Below the pieces are notes generated by a model, which searched no databases, was not told the origin of the DNA, and was given only the letters and a program-made list of their open reading frames with translations. Below, one piece after another: positions 25,027 through 31,674 of a stretch of DNA of 31,674 bases. The DNA lies in the NCBI GenBank assembly GCA_964419615.1, contig CAYQPU010000018.1, positions 1 through 31,674 of the forward strand, given 5' to 3'. Position numbers and translations under genes: made by a program. Numbering within the stretch: the stretch's first letter is position 1; every line of letters begins with the position of its first letter. Source of the stretch: an uncultured Methanosarcinales archaeon. Lineage in GTDB: Archaea; Nanobdellota; Nanobdellia; Woesearchaeales; JAGVZT01.

Positions 25027-28000
25027 ATGAAAAAAAAAGGGTATGTAGTAGGGCTAATTTTGCTAATTTTCATACTTTTGATTCAATTTGCACCAAATTC
25101 AACTGTTAAAGCTCAAAGCACAACTGGATGCTGTTCAAATCCTAGTACAACGATCTATGGTGCTTTCTATAACTCATACTGTTCAGACACAGAAGGCACA
25201 ACATTAAGTCAAAATGAATGTTGCCCTGCTGATGGAACCTATCACAATGAATCCGCAATATACCCTAAAAACCAGACAGATTGTCAATTAAACTATTGGA
25301 GAGATGGAGCTTGCGTTACCCTACTTCAATGCCAGGGCGGCTGTTGTTATGATAACACCACTGTTAACAAATGTGGTGAAAACACTCAATTTCAATGTTT
25401 GAATGCCAGTGAATCAAATCTGTGGGAACCAGGATATAATGTGGTTGACAGATTAAACAACAATCCTTGTTACAAAGATGAACTTGATTCATCAGGTTTT
25501 TACAAAGAAAAAATAGAAGAATGTCCAGATATTGATCCTTGTACTGGAAATGGCATAACAAAAGATGAATGCCTTGAAAAAAGTTATCAAAGTAACTCAT
25601 GCGTGTATTGCCCAGAGGCTGCAGCTTCAGGTGGAGGAAGCTGTTTTACAGAATGTAGCCATGGTTGTATGGCTTACTCAACAGACTTTGATGGAGATAA
25701 TATTTGTGATGCGGATTCTCAAAACTATGACATCTGTAGAACAGATGAACTAATCTGTGAAAGGCCTGTTTTAGAAGATTGTAGATGTGGAACAGAACTA
25801 GCTGAAAAAGATGAATATTGTTGTATGATCCGGAGCCAAGCTTATCCAACTCAAAACTCTTGTACTGGAGATTGTCATCCTGATTGCTATGTAAATTCAA
25901 CAATACTAAGCACAGAACAAGATTATGGCATCGATTTTGGTGGAGTGTACTCTTATTGTTACTGTGGTGGAACACTGGTTAATTTTGAAAATGAGGGTTT
26001 TTGTTGTGATTTTGGTAATGAATTTAATAATTATACAAACGAAAAATGTTATCAAATTGGTTCAGTAGAAGGAACTGTTACTGATCAAGATACAGCTGAT
26101 CCTATTCCAGGAGCACAAGTAAGTGTATCAGTAAAAACAACTGCAACAGATGATAGCGGTTATTATATGATTAAAGATATAATTGTAGGAAACCATGATT
26201 TGGAAGTTTCTTCAGTAAACTACAAAACAGCAACAAAAACAATTACACTAACAACAGATGGAGAAACAATAACCGAGAACTTCCCATTGGAACCAACAGT
26301 TCCAAGATGTGAAAATCCTTTTGTGACTCCACCTGACATCAACCCTTACTTAGAATGCAGTAATGAACTTGGCACACTAACTGTCAGATGGACTGATCCA
26401 TGTCCAGAAACAATAATGGGTTTTTATGTATACAGAAACACACACTTACAAGCATTTACCAAAAACACATTTTTCATTGATGACACATTTCCTTGGTCAA
26501 CCTCAGTCACATACAAAGTTGGAGTAATGTATGACTATGGCAAAACCTACAATTACACACTTCCTGTTTTCTTAACCGGAGATCCCACCTGTATTGACAA
26601 AGGTGGGCAAGAAATGTGTATTAATAACTCAAGATATGAATGTACTGGATGCTTTGCCTTGGGTCTAAGACAGAACTGCGGAGCAAGTACATGTGTTGGT
26701 CCAAGCAGTAATGGGAAAACTCTTTGTAAACCAGAAGCTTCATGTAAAGATTTTGGTGATCCATTTGGTGCATTCTACACTTCAGATCAATGTTTAGGTG
26801 TTCAACTCGATCCGCCATTTAGTGGATTTTATTCCAATCCTTGTTATTTTGATTATTCCCTAACTCCAATTGACTATTGTTATAGCTGTGCAGCTGACAC
26901 AACATGTTATGATTACAAAAGTAAAGCATCATGTGAAATTGATAACTGTGTGGTTGGAGGATCAGATAGGTGTCAGTATTTGGAAACAAATGCTGAATTA
27001 GGTAAAGGAATATGTTTTTCAGAAAATTCAGAAGTATCTGATTGTGGTCTGTGTAATGATCCTTTTATGGACTGTAGTGCACAGCAGTGTAGCATGCTTG
27101 GAAGCTGTTATCTTTCAGGATCGCAATGTGAAGGTTGTGATGGTACGGTAAGTTGTGAAGATTATGAAGATGAAGTTTCATGTACTGGTGGTCAAGAATT
27201 CCAAGTATTAAACCACCTTTGTGATGCATATAAAACAAGAACTTACTCAGAAGATGCTTGTGGTGTTGGTTATTGTCAATGGAGATCTAATCAGTGTATC
27301 AGAGCACCAGAAGCACCAACAGTTGGATTCAGTGAACCCGAAACAACAGCTCACTTTAGTCCACCTGGCCTAATGACAAACGGTACAAACATAACATTTA
27401 GTGTAGATCCTATTGAATCTATCACATATGCTTGTATTGATAAAGATGGATTATGCTGTCCAGATACAGAATTAAATCCTAAGCTAATGATATTGCCGGC
27501 AGGTTATTCTCTTGGTGAAGGATGGTATACCTTAAGTTATTATTCAAGAGACTTTTATGGAAACTATGAACCAGTCAATAAAGAAGCATTTTACTTTGAC
27601 GGACTTCCTCCTCAAATAAATATCAATTACACAGTTAGTAATGGTTCTGAGCTAAAATCAAATGTTGAAATTGACATTAGCTTAAATGAAATGGCACAGT
27701 GTAGGGAAAACATACTTCCTATGGATTATGATGATCCAAACACAATCCATGCCCAACAAGGCTTTTCCAGATTATTTAGAGCTAAGTACTTTGATTTATA
27801 TGATGGAACTCATCTGTATAACATAAGCTGCACCGATATGTCTGGAAATGAAGTAACAATTTATCAAAACATAAATATTGACAGATTAGCATTGATTTTT
27901 AATGAAGAACCAGTTGGTGGTGTATACACTGGTGGTCCTGTAACTTTCAGAGTAAAAACATCCAAACAAGCAAACTGTAGATACGCAAGAGAAATTAATG

Positions 28001-30990
28001 GAAAAATTGTTGGTAACTATCAAACCCTTCCAGAAAAGTCTCACGAAACTACTCCATTTGATCATTATATTTATGAAAAACTAATTACAGAAACAATATC
28101 TGATACTTTCTTTTATAATGTAAAGTGCGATCAAGTTAATGGAGATCTTGAAGACAATGCTAAACTGTACTTTAGCTATGATAACCTCGGACCTAGAACA
28201 AAGCTTGTGTACACTTGGAACGCTGGTCAGGAAGATTATGTCTCATCAAACTGGTATCCTGAAAATGCTGATTTTGACTTTTCTTGTGCTGATGAACCTG
28301 AATTATTAGGGTTTGGATGCAAGCAAACCAAATATTGTGTTGGAGATGATTGTACACCTGACTCAGTAGGTCTTTCTATTGTGGTGCCAGAATCAAGATA
28401 CTATTGTTACAGATCCGAAGACTTAGGTGGAAACCTCGGTGAAACAACTTGCAGTCACATAAAAATAGATAATACTGTTCCTACAAAACCAAAGGTAAAC
28501 GACACAAGCGAAGATCGCTATAATCCAGAACACACATTTAGACAAAATAAGTTAAGAGCATGGTTTAGTTCATATGACAACGAATCAGGAATTGACCATT
28601 ATGTTTATCAAATTGTATCTGATAAAGGAGATGTAGTTGTAAAATGGTCACAGACCAAAGAACATGAGGATTGGTTCTGGATAACTGATTCAAACTCCAA
28701 TTGGGTTGAAGATGAAAATGAAGATCCAATTCTACTAGAAAATAATACCAAATATTATATCAAAGTATTTGCAGTTGACAAAATAGGTAAAAAAAGTGCT
28801 AATGTAACCAGTGATGGTATAACTGTAGATACAAGCAAGGTTAAGGCAACTTGTACTGATGGAAAACTAAATGGAGATGAAACCAATGTTGACTGTGGAG
28901 GATCCTGTCCAGCCTGTTCCACAAAGCCAAAATACTGTGGAGATAATGAAGTAAACAGGGCAAGAGAAGAATGTGATGGTTCTGATCTTGAACTAAAAGC
29001 GTGTTCAGACTTTGATGATTATGATGAAGGAGTGGGTAGACTAAAATGTCATTCAGATTGTACATTTGATTTCTCAGGATGTTATCCAAATAATCCTAAA
29101 TGTGGAGACGGTGTTGTTAACAGAATAAAAGAAGATTGTGATAAGTTGGATCTTAAGGGATTAAACTGTCATGACTTTGGTTATGGTGGAGGAACCTTAA
29201 AATGTGATAGCAGCTGTGACTTTGACACAGGCAGTTGTACTTATCCCAAAAATGATGTATGTCAAGATGGAGATAAGAACAGAGAAGAAGAGTGTGACTC
29301 ACCAGACCTAGCAAACAAAGATTGTACTGATTTTGATGATTACCTTGGAGGAGACCTTGACTGTACTTCGGACTGTTTATTTGACACAACTGATTGTGAC
29401 GGTCTAGAAGATCCAAAATGTGGAGATGATGACATCAACCAAATAACTGAAGTCTGTGACAAAGATGATCTTGCAAACAGAGATTGCGAATACTTTGGCT
29501 ATGCTGAAGGAACTTTGTCATGTAAATCTAATTGTGAATTTGATTTTTCAGGATGTGTTATTGAGGAAATTGATTGTGACGATGACGATGATTGTGAATC
29601 TGATTTTTGCCATCCTGTAAGTAATATTTGTATGAGTCCATCCTGTTCAGACGGATTTGAAAACCAAGATGAGACTGATGTTGACTGTGGAGGAATCTGT
29701 TCAACCAAATGTGAAAAAGGAGAAGGATGTCGCAATGACTACGATTGTGAAGACCGTTATTGTAATCAAAGAACTGGAAAATGTGAAGGTGAACAAGGAG
29801 ATCACTGTCTAAATGGTAATTATGACCAAGTCACTGAAACTGATATTGACTGTGGTAAAGAATGTCCTGCATGCTCACCTGGAAAAATGTGTGAAGAAGA
29901 CTTGGACTGTGAAAGTGGAAAGTGTGAAAATAATGAATGTGCTGAACCAACTTGTTTTGATACTATAATGAACAGTCATGAATCAGACATTGATTGTGGG
30001 GGATTATGTCCAGGTTGTGATGAAGGAGAAAAATGTTTTACAGACACAGACTGTCTTTCAGGTAATTGTAAATCAAGCATTTGTTCCAAATCTGACGATG
30101 CAGATAATGATGGTTTACCTGATTGGTGGGAAGACCAGTACTGTAATGGAGATTGTGATCCATATGCAGATCCAGACAAAGATGGTCTAACTAATTTTAA
30201 TGAATTCATTAACAATGCAAATCCATTTAATGATGACACAGATGGTGATGGATATAAGGATGGAAAAGAAGTAGACAAAGGCTACCTTCCTGATGATCCA
30301 GACTCACATCCAAGAAGTAGTTTCTTATTGATATTTATCCTGTTCTTGCTTGCATTGGCAATCCTAGGATTAGTTGTTTATACATTAAAAAATAAGAAAA
30401 AACCAAAACCACCAAAACCAGTATCAAAACCACCAAAAACATTACCTCCTAAACCTTTAGGTAAACCTACCTCTGCAACAAAACTAGAACAAATAGCAAA
30501 ACCCCACATTAACCGAACAAAAGACAAATATGCAAAAAGAAGACATATGTTTAATGAATTTGGAAGCACTACACCAACACTTGATAAATTAATCCAGAAA
30601 CAAGGTAAGGGATATGATCTAACTGGTGATGTTTGGAATAGACTAAACACAATGAATGTTGTAGAAATGCAAAGAATGAACCTTTCTCCACAGCAAGTTC
30701 ATAATCAATTAGGCAAACTATATGGGAAAAAATTAAGTAAAGAATCCTTGAATGTTTTATCAAAACTAGTAGAATCTAATTATGTAACAAAAGATAACCT
30801 TGTTGCAGAGTTCTCAAAACTATCAAAAGAAGGTAAATTTAGTCTGGCTGTTCTAAAAAAAGTATTGTCAAGTATGAAAAAGAACAAGCACATTTCCAAA
30901 AAAGAATTAGATGCTCATCTTGGTAAACTGCATGAACAAAAAGTCATAACTAAGAATGATAAAGAGGATATTCTACATTATTTAAAATGA
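25027..30990 (+). CDS. Giant Cys-rich secreted, membrane-anchored surface protein (adhesin-like)
   Basis: Signal peptide (TVKA-Q), Cys-rich N-terminus, carboxypeptidase-regulatory-like domain (GTVTDQDTADPIPGAQV), Ig/FN3-like domains, Cys repeats, DxDxDG motifs, TM, PPKP linker, basic cytoplasmic tail. Confidence 0.9.
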   Translation: MKKKGYVVGLILLIFILLIQFAPNSTVKAQSTTGCCSNPSTTIYGAFYNSYCSDTEGTTLSQNECCPADGTYHNESAIYPKNQTDCQLNYWRDGACVTLLQCQGGCCYDNTTVNKCGENTQFQCLNASESNLWEPGYNVVDRLNNNPCYKDELDSSGFYKEKIEECPDIDPCTGNGITKDECLEKSYQSNSCVYCPEAAASGGGSCFTECSHGCMAYSTDFDGDNICDADSQNYDICRTDELICERPVLEDCRCGTELAEKDEYCCMIRSQAYPTQNSCTGDCHPDCYVNSTILSTEQDYGIDFGGVYSYCYCGGTLVNFENEGFCCDFGNEFNNYTNEKCYQIGSVEGTVTDQDTADPIPGAQVSVSVKTTATDDSGYYMIKDIIVGNHDLEVSSVNYKTATKTITLTTDGETITENFPLEPTVPRCENPFVTPPDINPYLECSNELGTLTVRWTDPCPETIMGFYVYRNTHLQAFTKNTFFIDDTFPWSTSVTYKVGVMYDYGKTYNYTLPVFLTGDPTCIDKGGQEMCINNSRYECTGCFALGLRQNCGASTCVGPSSNGKTLCKPEASCKDFGDPFGAFYTSDQCLGVQLDPPFSGFYSNPCYFDYSLTPIDYCYSCAADTTCYDYKSKASCEIDNCVVGGSDRCQYLETNAELGKGICFSENSEVSDCGLCNDPFMDCSAQQCSMLGSCYLSGSQCEGCDGTVSCEDYEDEVSCTGGQEFQVLNHLCDAYKTRTYSEDACGVGYCQWRSNQCIRAPEAPTVGFSEPETTAHFSPPGLMTNGTNITFSVDPIESITYACIDKDGLCCPDTELNPKLMILPAGYSLGEGWYTLSYYSRDFYGNYEPVNKEAFYFDGLPPQININYTVSNGSELKSNVEIDISLNEMAQCRENILPMDYDDPNTIHAQQGFSRLFRAKYFDLYDGTHLYNISCTDMSGNEVTIYQNINIDRLALIFNEEPVGGVYTGGPVTFRVKTSKQANCRYAREINGKIVGNYQTLPEKSHETTPFDHYIYEKLITETISDTFFYNVKCDQVNGDLEDNAKLYFSYDNLGPRTKLVYTWNAGQEDYVSSNWYPENADFDFSCADEPELLGFGCKQTKYCVGDDCTPDSVGLSIVVPESRYYCYRSEDLGGNLGETTCSHIKIDNTVPTKPKVNDTSEDRYNPEHTFRQNKLRAWFSSYDNESGIDHYVYQIVSDKGDVVVKWSQTKEHEDWFWITDSNSNWVEDENEDPILLENNTKYYIKVFAVDKIGKKSANVTSDGITVDTSKVKATCTDGKLNGDETNVDCGGSCPACSTKPKYCGDNEVNRAREECDGSDLELKACSDFDDYDEGVGRLKCHSDCTFDFSGCYPNNPKCGDGVVNRIKEDCDKLDLKGLNCHDFGYGGGTLKCDSSCDFDTGSCTYPKNDVCQDGDKNREEECDSPDLANKDCTDFDDYLGGDLDCTSDCLFDTTDCDGLEDPKCGDDDINQITEVCDKDDLANRDCEYFGYAEGTLSCKSNCEFDFSGCVIEEIDCDDDDDCESDFCHPVSNICMSPSCSDGFENQDETDVDCGGICSTKCEKGEGCRNDYDCEDRYCNQRTGKCEGEQGDHCLNGNYDQVTETDIDCGKECPACSPGKMCEEDLDCESGKCENNECAEPTCFDTIMNSHESDIDCGGLCPGCDEGEKCFTDTDCLSGNCKSSICSKSDDADNDGLPDWWEDQYCNGDCDPYADPDKDGLTNFNEFINNANPFNDDTDGDGYKDGKEVDKGYLPDDPDSHPRSSFLLIFILFLLALAILGLVVYTLKNKKKPKPPKPVSKPPKTLPPKPLGKPTSATKLEQIAKPHINRTKDKYAKRRHMFNEFGSTTPTLDKLIQKQGKGYDLTGDVWNRLNTMNVVEMQRMNLSPQQVHNQLGKLYGKKLSKESLNVLSKLVESNYVTKDNLVAEFSKLSKEGKFSLAVLKKVLSSMKKNKHISKKELDAHLGKLHEQKVITKNDKEDILHYLK
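28876..30018 (+). repeat. Four dispersed E[TS][ND][VI]DCGxxC motifs
   Basis: ETNVDCGGSC, ETDVDCGGIC, ETDIDCGKEC and ESDIDCGGLC. Confidence 0.85.
28936..29556 (+). repeat. Four tandem ~52-aa Cys repeats (CxDxxxN...ExCDxxDL...C..F....G.L.C...C.FD...C)
   Basis: Units begin CGDNEVN, CGDGVVN, CQDGDKN and CGDDDIN, alternating DFDDY and FGY types. Confidence 0.85.
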
Positions 30991-31013
30991 GGGACTTTAA
31001 AGGAAGATCCAGA

Positions 31014-31478
31014 ATGAAAAAAGCCCAGATTCAATCACAGGTGTTAGTATATGTATTAGCTCTTTTAATTGTAGGTCTTGTATTGATTTATGGATATCAA
31101 TCGATTCAAAAAATGAAAGCAAATGCACAAATTGCAGAATTTATCAAATTTCAGGATACTGTGAAAAAGTCTGTAAACAGCCTTAAGTATGATTATGGTT
31201 CTGTTAAAAAAAGAACCTTTTATGTTCCTGGTGATTACAGAGAAGTTTGTTTTGGAGTGCCAGGTCAGACATATCCAAGTACAGTAAATAAGTATCCCAT
31301 TATTAAAGACAGTTTGGTATCAGAGGCAGGAAGAAATGTATTTCTTTATCCAGATGGAATTGAATCTTTTAATGTAACAGATATTGTTGTTCAAGACAAT
31401 TTCAAATGCTATAATGTAGTTGGCGGAAAAATAACAGTAACTTTAGAAGGAATGGGAAGCAGGGTTAAAGTATCATAA
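31014..31478 (+). CDS. Pilin-like protein with class III signal peptide
   Basis: MKKAQ-IQSQVLVYVLALLIVGLVLIYGY. ATG at 31014 preferred over 30987. Confidence 0.8.
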   Translation: MKKAQIQSQVLVYVLALLIVGLVLIYGYQSIQKMKANAQIAEFIKFQDTVKKSVNSLKYDYGSVKKRTFYVPGDYREVCFGVPGQTYPSTVNKYPIIKDSLVSEAGRNVFLYPDGIESFNVTDIVVQDNFKCYNVVGGKITVTLEGMGSRVKVS

Positions 31479-31479
31479 A

Positions 31480-31674
31480 ATGTCAAAAAAAGGGGGAATA
31501 GAGGTCCAGTTTAATTGGATATTTGTTTTTATAGCAGGCGCTTTAATATTTACCCTAATTCTTGGTTTTGCAAACAGGCAAGCTAAATCTGCAGATCAAA
31601 GAATTGCAGCTCGACTTGTTAGGGACTTGAACACAGTTATAACCCAATCCTCTGTTTCAACAGGAAAATCGGAT
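31480..31674 (+). CDS. Pilin-like protein, truncated by the window end (not in the ORF track)
   Basis: Hand translation MSKKGG-IEVQFNWIFVFIAGALIFTLILGFANRQAKSADQ..., open to the end of the window. Confidence 0.75.
   Translation, partial: MSKKGGIEVQFNWIFVFIAGALIFTLILGFANRQAKSADQRIAARLVRDLNTVITQSSVSTGKSD

Noticed and set aside
25133-25142. GTTCAAATCC, resembling a tRNA T-loop
   Set aside because: Lies in-frame in the giant gene (CSNP), with no T-stem, D-arm or acceptor stem.
28876-30018. CRISPR array or DGR template/variable repeat
   Set aside because: Repeats are conserved at protein level with synonymous divergence; no identical DNA repeats with spacers, no adenine-specific mismatch pair and no RT or cas gene.

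Overview
AT-rich, densely coded archaeal window. Archaeal origin is shown by Rpp21, an archaeal-type UMP kinase, a TrmB regulator, GAGGTGA ribosome-binding sites, TATA boxes about 25 nt before start codons, and class III signal peptides. The KK[AS]Q prepilin-like proteins and giant Cys-rich surface protein suggest a DPANN lineage such as Woesearchaeota (inference). The left third is mostly minus-strand: NIF3, a HAD-like protein, a probably frameshifted unknown gene, a phasin-like/UbiB-kinase pair, pyrH with two DMT half-transporters, and four unknown ORFs (two are paralogs). The middle holds a trmB / Ca2+-type P-ATPase / APC permease-methyltransferase fusion operon, rnp4, a pilin-like paralog pair, a 545-aa unknown and tatD. 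The right half is a surface-machine locus: three paralogous multi-TM proteins, two coiled-coil proteins, a divergent VirB11/TadA/ArlI-type ATPase with no adjacent TadC/ArlJ, class III signal-peptide proteins and a 1987-aa Cys-rich membrane-anchored adhesin-like protein. Two GC-richer, strongly base-paired intergenic elements (4679-4830, 13714-13848) are candidate ncRNAs. No rRNA, tRNA, CRISPR array, transposase, integrase or reverse transcriptase was recognised. All calls are by eye; no searches were run.
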